Source: Ramazzottius varieornatus | Lineage: Eukaryota; Animalia; Tardigrada | NCBI GenBank assembly: GCA_001949185.1 | Contig: BDGG01000005.1 | Location: 1,229,249-1,293,248, forward strand | Direction of reading: 5' to 3' | Length of the DNA: 64,000 nt | Shown: one piece after another, positions 25,801 to 36,600 of the stretch | Numbering within the stretch: position 1 is the first letter of the stretch | Layout of the letters: each line of letters starts with the position of its first letter | Notes under the pieces: model-generated | What the model was told of the DNA's origin: nothing | Database searches by the model: none | What the model saw: only the letters and a program-made list of their open reading frames with translations | Translations under genes and position numbers: made by a program

Positions 25801-26149
25801 TCGACAGGCTCTCCTGGTGCCATCTTGTACAGTCCTTGGATCGGTGGTTCTATCCTGGCTTTGCTGTCAACCTTCCAACGGATATGGATTTCCAAAGCCG
25901 AGTACGACGAGTTGGGACAGATGGATAGATGTCCAAGAAGAGAACTTTCAGACCAGCCTGAACGTTTTGCCGGGTGTTACGTAACATGTTGCCTCTCATT
26001 TGGGCAGTCAGCTGTGGAGTGTGTGTATGTTTGATCAACTGCTGTAATCAACCATAAAGGAAAGCTGTCTCGTTTAGAACAGCTTTGGTTCGGTGTCTTC
26101 ACTGTCGATAGTCCAGCCCACTTTCAGAGTAGCTTATTTGCCTACACTG
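22869..26149 (-). mobile_element. Tc1-family (DD34E) DNA transposon, inactive, intron-containing, with internal insertions
   Basis: About 32-bp TIRs (C[A/C]GTGTAGGCAAATAAGCTACTCT[G/A]AAAG) with TA on both sides (22867-68, 26150-51). Transposase ATG at 25823 with HTH and GRPR; second HTH near 23990; IFSDE, MLWG, FQQD-X34-E (SPDLKVIE). Several stops; end about 23067. Confidence 0.92.
25828..25917 (+). pseudogene. Actin C-terminal fragment inside the Tc1 element
   Basis: [30 protein letters not shown] versus canonical actin [30 protein letters not shown]. Confidence 0.88.
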
Positions 26150-26490
26150 TAGATAAATAAAATAACAGACAACAAATCCATCACTTCACCTTTCACTTAC
26201 GGCCTCCGGGTTACTGCCTTCTCCTCCACCGAAAATCCGCTCCCTCAAGCCGGGACGTTCATCAACAGTCCCGACTGCTGAAAGGAAGTTGCAGGACGCA
26301 GAAATTCCAGAGATAAGTTCTCTAGTCTAAGTTCTACTTCTCTTACGATTTTTCTTCAGAAGACAAACGAAAACAAAATTGCTGAGAAAATCACCTGTCC
26401 AACACTGTCGGCCTGTCGCCGTCCAGAACAGCTGGATGTTGAGCTTACGAAACGGACGAGCGGTTCAACTCTTCTCTGCTGGCAGCCTGG

Positions 26491-27112
26491 TAGAGACCGG
26501 GATCTGGCCGCGTGCGCTGCGCTGCGTGGCTGCGCAGTTGCAGTATTCACTTTGACCTTTGTGTGCAGCACAGCGGGGTATGCAGCGCCTGACAAGCTAC
26601 GGCAGCGCAGCTGCAAATGATACGAAAAGAGAGTTTTCGATTTTCAAACTAGCGATTTCCCGGTTAGCGGCCGTTATGCAACCCTTGTTTGCTAGGTGTA
26701 TTCTGCTTCTTCATAAAACAACGACCGGTCGCGCAAGCTTTCCTTGAAATAGTGCTTCGCCCAACCGTAAAGGGCTTAGTGGTTAAGCTGTCACTGTGAC
26801 CGGAAGTTTCGGACTTTGACACAGTTAGTTCTGTAGGTAGCTTCAACGCACTTTGCTGTGAACTGCTTTTGTTAGCCGAATGATTAGAGCTCTATAATGG
26901 AGGATCACGTGTTATCTGACAATTCTCTGCAGGAAAGCGGAGGAAATTTGTTATTGAAACCGCAGCGCAGTTGCCTCGCACGTACAGTAAGTTGCAGCGC
27001 AGCTGCACCGTCCCTCCGGTCCAGATTTACGCAGCGCAGCGTAGTTGCCGAGTACCAGAAAAGGACGCAGCGCAGATGCAGCGTACTTTTTGACCTGCGG
27101 CCCAGGTCTCTA
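26491..27112. mobile_element. Non-autonomous hAT-type element (622 bp)
   Basis: Termini TAGAGACC...GGTCTCTA. Perfect 8-bp TSD CAGCCTGG (26483-90, 27113-20). Many subterminal GCAGCGCAG repeats. Confidence 0.88.
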
Positions 27113-28522
27113 CAGCCTGGCACAGTAGTCAGAAAAAAAATCCTCCGGAGAGTCTAAGTCGTACTCCATCAGGCATTGCTGTACGCATTGGAAGGGCTCT
27201 GTACCTTCCTCAAATTTTTCCGGAACTTTTCCAGATTTTGATCTATCTCTGGTCATGTCATATGTCATGTCACATCACATACAAAATATTGTGTACAGTG
27301 ACGCCAAATCACGATCCATGCGTCACCGCTTACAGTCATGAGCTGGTGTGAGCGACATTTAGTTACCTGCCTGAGCTTGAAGCTCTCCCATCGTCTCGCT
27401 GAGACTACCGTCGACGCATTTCAAGCACTATAGAGATTGAGTTGCCACTCCCGTTCACTTTGCAACTGTAGCAAAAGCACATCGCTGCTGACAACTCAGC
27501 ACTTTGGGAGTTTTTGAAATGCAAGCCGACTGCCGTCGGACTCCCAACATTACCTTACACAGGCCTGTCCTTATCCTCGCGCTCACGTGCTAGACGGTCT
27601 TCACGTTCGTGACTGTCAGCCTTCTCGCGGTCTTCCGCCAGACGTTTAGCCTGGTGTGTCAGGTCTTTTCGTTCACGAGTCGTCAGGATTCGGGCATCTT
27701 CAAAGGCTCGGTCCTCGGCCTGTCGTCAGTCCTCTTTTTCACGCTGGTCACGCACAGCACCACGCCCAGTGGCCGCGTCTTTGAGATACTCCTGGAAGCC
27801 TTCCGAACGCTCCACATCCCGGGCTGTTCCGCGGCGTCGGCTCCAAGGCTTTGCTCAGAACTCACGGGTATGCCCGTACAGGCGACACTTGCTGCGTCTC
27901 GGAGGCTTCTGGTCTTGATAGCCGACCACTGAGGAAAAAACAAAAAATTACGCAGAAACATATCAGAAATCGACTTAATAGAACGCCTATACCTATTTCG
28001 ATGTCAGCTTTTGGGCCAGTCGATCGGCCTTGTCCGTTGGCGCAGCTGGGGTTTTCCCCACCACCGCATTCATCTCCAGAGAATGCTCCTCTGACGTTTC
28101 CCTTCGCCCGGCTAGCCGGCGCAACGTCCACTTCCTCCTTCCCTTCATCTCCCGTAACAGCAAACAGTGACCAGTTTCCCGGAGTACGGGACTAGGTTCA
28201 CCGTAGAAGCGACTTACCGGAGTTACACAAGGCCAGAACATTGCTACCGAGACATCCATGCATACGATGCGCAATGCTGAGCGTAGAGAAACATGATGCC
28301 ACAGACGACATCGACGCCGAGGCGTCAAAGTCCATTTCGGTGATGGTAACCATGACTCGAAAGGCTTCCCCGGCGAAGGACACGAGGTGGACTGAACAAC
28401 AGGGGTGCTGTGAGGGAGGCGATACGGCTCTTCCGAACGTTGTACACATGTACTTGGTGCACCAGAAAGCTCTAACACTGCACAGGAATAAACTGCAGCT
28501 GTAGTTATCCAGCTGAAGAAGT

Positions 28523-29321
28523 TAGTGCTGGCAAAAATACGATAAAACTCGATACGATATTTTACGATAAAGTATCGCCGGATATTTTATCGCGGTCTTC
28601 GATATTCATTCGATATCGATATTTCGATACGATATCTTTCCGTTACCGTATTTTCGATATATCGTATCATATCGCAGCGATTTATCGATATTTCTGGAAT
28701 TTTAGTTCTTCGGAATTCCACTGGTCCAAGCCCAAAAACCCAAGAAGCCGATTTCCACATTGAGTGTTAGTAAGATCGGAAGCGTCGGATGCAGCAGAAA
28801 CGTGACTATACCAAGACTTCAAACACATGGAAATCTGGATGAAATTAGTACCAAAACCGAATGAGCGGAGCGAGCTCGCTTGGTCGGCATCCGATGGCCA
28901 GAATCAAGGTTTTGAAATCAGTAAACCGTAGCCACACGGTGTCATAGAGAACTTGCAATGAGGAGAAACTGCAACAAATTCTCGTCCAATCAGCAGACCT
29001 TGCCGTAGCAAACCTGCTCTCTCGATTGGCTGGCAGTGTTCCGTTCGGTCTCGATCCCGTTCCACACTTCGGAATAAGACTGCGCCTCACTAACTTACTC
29101 TTCCGCTTACTCATATCATTGCTGTGTTTGACATTCAGCAAAATACCGATATATCGAAAATATATCGATATGGTGCGATACGTTCTCCCCAAATATTTTA
29201 TTGCGTTATTAGATACGAGCTTCATATCGATATCATCGATACGATATCTACCGCGTATTTTATCGCAAAGATTCGATATATTTCGATACGATATCGGTAT
29301 ACCGTATCGTTGCCAGCACTA
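28523..29321. mobile_element. Non-autonomous hAT-type element (799 bp)
   Basis: TIR TAGTGCTGGCAA...TTGCCAGCACTA. Perfect 8-bp TSD GAAGAAGT (28515-22, 29322-29). Dense subterminal CGATA/TATCG repeats. Confidence 0.9.
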
Positions 29322-29960
29322 GAAGAAGTAAACTGGGTGAATCTTTATGAAAGTTCCAGCAGAATTTCAAGTTTCGCTTCCGGTTGGTACACCAAACATT
29401 GCGATATGAGAGTGTCCAAAGGATAAGCTAGCGAAATGAGACTTTTCGCACGCAGCAGTAATGACGTCTCTATGAACTCTCATAAAGCTTGATTGGGGCG
29501 GAGTTGATTTGTCCAAATCTGATAGTGAAAAGTGAGAGTCGCAAATATGAGGGCAGTTTACGATAGTAATTTACTCGCGTCAGGAGGCTTTGAGCGAGCC
29601 TTGTTCCAAAACCAGCTCAAAGGCTAATTATACTTGGGTCGCTACCTAGCCTTGTTCCATCGAAAAAGTACATTACCCCTTTGAGCGAGCTTTGAGCGAG
29701 CTCTGGCACAAGCGAGTTTTTGACTGGAACAAGCGTGGAACATGATTAGAAAGCTTTGAGCTTGCAAGATGTAGCTCAAAGGCCACATCATTGTCGCTGG
29801 CGTCGATTTGGTCCGTATTGATTGACCGATGTAACAGGCTCCAAATATCGAAAACTGTGATGAATTCTCCCATTTTTATTTGGAAGTTTTTGATCCTGTT
29901 GTCTACGGTAGCGGCGATCTTGCCTCTCTGTTGATGCTTCTAACTCCTCTTTACGCAACC

Positions 29961-31296
29961 ATGAGCAGTCAAGGATCGAAGCCACCGACGGCAGCTAGCG
30001 GTAAACGAGCAGCTCCTAGGACAGCCAAACCAGCAAAGAAGACGACACCAGCTGATGTGCCACCCAGGAAGACGCGAAGCAAAGCAGCGACGAGAGAAGA
30101 ATGGAGCGACAAGGACATCGCCAACGTGATCACTCTTGTACAGGAGAACAGTGTGATCTATGATACTGGACATGTTGATTACTACAAAGGTGAAGACAAA
30201 CGACTGGATATCTGGGAAGATATGGCTAAGGAATTGAAACTGGACAAGACAGGTCAGTGAAAGTCGATGAACATTATCAATTCTTTAATTTAGCTGAACC
30301 CTAGCTGAACATGTCGTTTTACGCAGGCGATGCCGTCAAGAAATTATGGACCAATCTTCGTCGGAACTTTGGAAAGAAGCTGAAGGAGCATCTTGCCAGC
30401 GGTGCTGGAAGACAGGCGGTCATTGACAGCTGGCCGCACTGGGAGAGCATGCTGTTCGTCAAGGACTATATTACTCCGAACGAGTACGTCCACTCTTCGA
30501 CCGTATAATTTTCTACATGTAAGTTATGTAATCATGAAGGGTATTTTGCAGATCTGTATCGACTGTCGATAAAGCTAAGGCAGCTATTCGGGCTGGTGAA
30601 GATTTTTCTTTAGTGAACGCCACAACTGATGATGAACAAGGCATCACCGGAAACGACGACGAAGAGTATGACGGAAGCCTTCCTGACGATGAATTGCCCG
30701 ACATTCCGGATCCACCGTCGATTCGCTCGTGGACAGGTGAGCGACCAATTATGGTTTGAGAAGGCTCTCTGGCGGAAACCATTTGATGTGGGTCAAGTGA
30801 CCGACGTCAGTTTCATTGTGGCTTCCACGTTGTCCAGCGGCAGTAAGTCAAAGAAACGCAGCAAAGAAAGCCAAGGTTCTCGACAACTGGATGAATGCGA
30901 GTTCGAAGAGCGCAAGCTAGTCAGCCAAGCCGATGAACTGACGAAAGCTCTAGGTATCATAGGAGCAAAGGCGGATTCCCCCGAAGCACAATATGGTAGG
31001 CTCTATTAAAAAACTATAAGTAACTGTGATGCGCTACTGATATTGCTTACAGTACTAAATGGCTTGTTGCAGGTTCGTATGTCACTGCCACGTTGCTGAG
31101 CCAAAGCGAAGACGATCGTGAAATTCTTCCGCAGAAAATCCAACAAGCCATAGCTTTGTTTCTGTGCGAACAGGCAACTGGCCTTGGCTTTCCCGTCATT
31201 GTCACGCAGTACCCCGGAAGCTCAACGGAGCAACGTCCCAGTGAGACCCTTTCCAACCAAGATTTCAGTTGTGTAGTTAATTTTCATGGTGTTTAG
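29961..31296 (+). CDS. MADF/Myb-SANT-like DNA-binding protein of the Harbinger element (spliced; may be disrupted near 30740-30790)
   Basis: WSDKDIANVITLVQENSVIYDTGHVDYY..KRLDIWEDMAKEL|GDAVKKLWTNLRRNF..SGAG..WPHWESMLFVKD, the Trp-spaced MADF pattern. Confidence 0.8.
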
Positions 31297-31317
31297 TTTA
31301 TTAGAGTCCTGGTGAAG

Positions 31318-32879
31318 TCACTTGTTTAGCAAACCAAAGACCATGTTATCTTGCCACGGAATACTGCCATGCGTACTAAAATGTTCAGAAGAGTCTTCTC
31401 GCGTCTTAATAGCAGCACGTCCAGCTCTATTTCCGGAAACACGAAGAAATATCATACTTGCGGGCATGGTTTTCCGCCAAGAACCAGGTAAAAAAGTGCC
31501 ATCAGCAGCTTCGCTATCGACCAGCGTGGGGGAGATGTAGTTGTCACCCGCCTTGGCATTTTCCGTTATGAGGAAATTCTGCAATGCACAGCAGGCAAGC
31601 GTGAGGTAAATCACTTGTTGTGGTTCAAGCGCGATGGGTCCCCGAAATATTTCCCACTTGGCTGCAAGTATGCCGAAGGCATTCTCGACAACTCGATGAG
31701 CTCGGGACAACCTGCAGTAATACAGTGACCGTAATCATTCGCACGGTTTATTCTGGTTATGGATCTGTAAAAAATGAACACTATCGAACCTGTAGTTGAA
31801 TATATGTTCTTGTTTGGCAAGGCTAGATGATGCGTATCCGGGATATGGTCGCAGTAAGTTTTCTGACATTGGGAATGCAGCGTCTGCCACAAATACGTAC
31901 GGCAACTTCTTGGCACACAGCGGTGGCTTTCTTGCGGTCGGCATAACCAACTCTCCATCACTGAAACCGCGACCCAAAGTACAGTTTTGCGAAGTACCAC
32001 CATCGCTTTGCCGACCGAAACCTCCCACGTCGACGTACTCGAATGTATAATCTGCGCGCGCCACAGCCATGAGAACAACTGAATGTGTCCTTTTATAGTT
32101 AATCCACTTGCTACCTCCATTCTTCGGCTTCTACAAAAGACAAACAGCAGATTAGTGTGCGTGTTGTTTAGTAAAGGAGGACGAATATTTATAACGTACG
32201 TAGATAATTTGCACTTTGATCTGGACATGCTTTCAGTTGATTGCACCTATACAATTGGGAAAGTTCCACATGGCCTCAAAGCTTTCAGCATTCTGCTGCC
32301 ATCTGTCTTTGCTGGGTTCCCCGATATATGCATCCTTCAAGGCCGTGTAAATTGCTCTGGTAGTTTCTTTGAAGATGTTCCCGACGATTGTCTGGCAGAT
32401 GGCGAATGAATGCGCAGCAGCAGTCTGCGAGATACCGGTAGCGAGAATCCTAGGAAGCACTGTTTTATTGACAAATTTATGGCTGTTGTGATGAAGTATC
32501 CATATTCATATTTATGAGTACGGTACCTCAAAGTCAAAACAAGCCGTTCTTCCGCAGTGATAGGCTGTATGTGGGTTGGATCATGCAGTATCAATGGAGT
32601 TACCAGCTTCAAGAGCAGTTTGAACTGTGGTTCGGTCATCCGGAAGTACTCCTTGTAGTACTCTGGGTCAGTTTCAAAAGTCTTTGCTCTTCTCATGTAC
32701 TCTCCCGTTTCTCCTCTGTTCAGGTTGCTGGGTCGGACATACCATCTTCATGCCTTCCGCTGACGTGGTGGACGAGACAATGCCTGTAGTCGCTTCAATT
32801 CCACCTTCCGCCGTTGCAAGTTAAGTAGACGAAGCCGATAGATTAACAGCAAAGCAGTCAGAGTCGATCTGGGATCCAT
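31318..32879 (-). pseudogene. Harbinger (HARBI1-like) DDE transposase, spliced, inactivated
   Basis: YFRMTEPQFKLLL, ERLVLTLR|ILATG, WNFPNCIGAIN-stop-KHV (consensus IGAIDGKHV), DVGGFGRQSDGG, VFVADAAFP, SRAHRVVENAFGIL. Additional in-frame TGA at 32748-50. Confidence 0.9.
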
Positions 32880-33657
32880 TTTGCAATGGGGAAAACGAAT
32901 GGTATAACTAGGAGCGAGAAATAAAATTCGAAAATCGCAGTCATATTGTATGACAGCTGCAGTGGCAGACTGGCTGTCTGTGGCACATGTGTCATATTAT
33001 ACTCGGAACAACAGATTTCGCGTTGCAAACTGTGGTGCTTGTGCTTGTTCCCGTTCAGGTCGCGACTCACGATTTTAGATTCTCGCTCAGAGGTAGTTTT
33101 GGCACAACCGGTTTTAGGTAGCGACATAAACCTTGCTTCATGACGCGAGTAAATTACTTATCTTACGAGACCAGACCTATCGTCGCAAACTCTATATTGA
33201 CAACCCTAGTTGATGGTAAGCAGGTACGCCGGAATTCAGTTCCAAATAGTTACCGCGAACCGAGCCGACTGTTCGACTAATTTGGACCGTGCTGTCGTTC
33301 AGATTTCAGAAGACGCATATAAACAGTTCGCGTTAGCAATCTCTGTCTGACATCAGGACAATGGTTTGTGTCTTTGTTTCGCGTGCAATCTCGAATCCTT
33401 TTCACGGTCGTACCTTACGCATGCTGAAACCTTGCAGTTGATCTGTTTCACGCAGCAAAAGTCGAATGATAGGATGAGTTAGCGGAAATGTCCCTTTCCT
33501 GTTAACAGCTGATTAGCATTGGGTCTAATCAAGGTATGCTCTATCGATCTAACACTGGCCATGGCCAACAATGCCTATTGTTGGGTCCCTAGTCCATTCA
33601 CGCTATTTTGACTTATTATGTGTTCTTTCAGGTGACGAAGTGTTGCAGGACATCAAC

Positions 33658-36600
33658 ATGCCTCCCAATAAAGATATGACGTGCGCAGGCTGCGAAGAGT
33701 TCCGTCCACTTCTGCAGCGTTGTAAGTTGTAAGACAATGTTATTAGACGCACAATGCATATGGTCAGGTCATCTTCCTGTACTGTTTGTGTTTGCAGATC
33801 GAGGCTGGAAGCAAAATGGGGATGGCGGAATGCGCTCCATGTCGCACGACGATGCCATATCCTTCATGAAATACATCAAACACTGGTGCGTATGTAAGAA
33901 AGTTTTCCGCGCTAGTTAAGTTGATTGAGTTCTTTCCGTAGGCCCAACAACATCCACATGGTGTCTGCTCACATCAGTACCATGTTCAAAACCCAAGAAG
34001 ATGTCCAAGCCATGCACGGACTAACGCTCAGCTTCGTCATGATGGGCTTGAAGATCACTGGACTCTTTCTGACAAGGCAGAACCGTCGATCGCTGGACAG
34101 TTCCAGCAGACACAGCTCCGCTGGCTCATCGTCTGAGTCGTTGCCTGACGCTTGTAACTCCGAGCCTGGTTCTACCACGGTGTCTCCTGTACCTGAAGAC
34201 GCGAACAACCTGAAGAAGTCGCCTCCGGAAGTGGTTGATCTAACTTCGACGTCGCCTGATAGCGATGTCGTCATACTGAACGACTCCATGAACCAGCCCA
34301 GTTCGTCGCAGGGTGGGCTGGACATCGTTGTCATTCCGAATGAACCAAGCACGTCGGCGGATGACGGGAAGGAGGACGATAGCGATTCAGGTCTACACTG
34401 CTGGTCAGCGAAAGAGATGGAGGAACTATGCCAGCTGTTCCATCGAGTCTTCTTGCCGAACTTCCCACTGTATCTCGCTGCCAGGAACTTGATGCGTCCT
34501 GACGACGTAAGACACTTTCAGAAGACTTTGAGTGTTGCGAACTGGTTCCAAAGTTTTATGTTTGTTATTCCAGCGTTTGAGGTGTGAACAGCTGCAACTC
34601 ACACCCTTATACATGGAGGTCTTCATGTTCTGGTTCAACCGCGGAGGGATCGACCAGATGTCCATGTACTTTCAGCAGGCCACGGCAGAGAACGCGGATC
34701 TCGGAGAAGCCTTACTGCTTACTTCAATGTCTTTCCACGTAAGTCCACGGGATTGAATTTGATCAGTTTTTCGTGGTGATAGACTTCCGGTCGCTTATTT
34801 TATTTCGTCTTTTTCCTACGATTATTCCACGTGTGTCGAACAGGGCGGTGCCGGGCACGGTCCTGTTATGTATTTTCGTACGAAAATGGCAGAATCGACC
34901 ACGAGCAGCACTAAGCATTCCTTGACGGTTTATCGTTAGCCTGCGCTTATTGCAGGTTCGTTTCTTCTTGTTGTACGATGGCTTGATAAACGCCATCGCT
35001 ACCTTTCGCGCCCATGTGATGAATTACTTGCTCAAGCTGTCCATCGACGAATTCCGCAAGCCACCCTGCAAGGACATTGCGGGTATGATGTGGACCATGC
35101 GCAGGGAGCATGGTTGGCCGGCGCAGATCGTGGATACGGAAGGACTGAACTTAGCCTACAAGTTTTTCAGCTGCTCGTCGCACTTGACGCTTCGACTGGT
35201 GGGACTGACGGAGATCAGCACGTACATCGGTTCTTTTCATGAGTTTATGCAGGAACTCGAACCACGTCTTGCGCTTCAGTTAGGCGCTCATCTGGCGAGA
35301 TGGATTCTGGAGAAGAGGATCGTGGAAGAAATCTTCGGACAGAATGCCCATGTCGAACTCATCTCTCGGTCTTTCCATATCATCAACTTCCTTTCGGCAC
35401 ATCAGATGCTGTCGCTTGAACATGTCGACTCCATCTGGAATGCAGCCCAGGTAAAAAAAAATCAAAGCTTCGTTTCTTCTGTGTTCTGATTTTTCCCTTG
35501 ATTCTGCAGATGAACTACATCAGTCGCCATGTGATGGAAATGTTGCCGAACATCATCAAGACTATGGAGCCTTCTCGACTGATGCATCTATACCGGAAGC
35601 TGGGTGAGATGGACACTGCGCACCACAGTGAACAGTCCGTCATTGTCATTTCCGTGACCATCCGGACGATATGGGCGTACGCCATCAATCAAAAATCTTC
35701 CATGAGCGCAGGCTCGTCTTCCCCTCCAAAACGTCCGTCCTTTAGCTATCCGCCCAACATAGTCCAGAAGGTACGTCGTTTTCACTCGCATTTTTGTGTC
35801 GATATTTGAAACCTGCAGCTGACATTCACGGATCTGCGTACAGTATTTCTTTAATATACGGCTCGGTGTATGTGGGTATATGACGGTCAGTAGTTGACTA
35901 CCTCATACGGCTGCATATATGAGCCTCATACTGAATACAGGTCCCTTTGTATGTAGGTGCATGTCTTTAGTTACGTTCTTTGCCGATCTACCGTGAGTAC
36001 TTACTTTCTGCTCCTTGTTCAGGTGATGAATCGTCAGCTAGCTGGGGCAGGTTCTCCCAGTGAAGAGTCCGCTTCCTCCTCGGGTACTGGCTCGGATGAC
36101 GAAAGCGGGTCGGAGTACGAGTCGGACGATCAGGAAGGCTCGTCAGGTCTAAGTAAGATACCCGGCATCGCCACTTTGGTTCCTTCTCATCCCCTCATGC
36201 CACCCAACATCAAGCTGGACCCGAAGCTGCTACAGCTTCGTCTGGCTAATCTTCAAGGTCCACCAGTGATGATCGACAGACGCAACTCCGTCGTCATCAC
36301 ACACGAAGGCAGCAGCGAAGATGGCTCGACTGACGACGAGGAAGACTGCGAGGTAAGTTCCACATTCCGTATTTGGAACAAGTTTGCTAATTGGTTGAAA
36401 TGTTTTCCCTTTGTATTACAGGACGATGAGGAAGATGGTGCGGAAGAGGTGACACGGAGTGTGCAGATACCTGGGACCAGTCGGATGTTGACGAACCAAC
36501 TGCTGAAGTCGTCGTCGAGCGAGAGGAGTAAGCGCTCACCCTGCCCGTCTCGAGACTCCGTTTCGTTGCAGCCGCGAAAGCGAGCTGCGATCGAGCAGCA

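Larger units (their letters stand above)
29566..33157. mobile_element. PIF/Harbinger transposon with two convergent genes
   Basis: Inverted repeats GTAATTTACTCGCGTCA (29566) and TGACGCGAGTAAATTAC (33141-57), flanks ATA/TTA; the true ends may lie slightly further out. Encloses a MADF gene and a DDE transposase. Confidence 0.88.

Noticed and set aside
25756-26034. Functional actin gene
   Set aside because: Only 30 codons, with substitutions, inside a transposon.
27300-28500. Cys-containing short ORFs as a gene or TE
   Set aside because: No recognisable motif, termini or consistent frame; left unassigned.
32233-32750. Selenocysteine or TGA recoding in the transposases
   Set aside because: Stops replace different residues (G, probable R, W) and accompany a catalytic D>N change; host genes use TGA as a normal stop.
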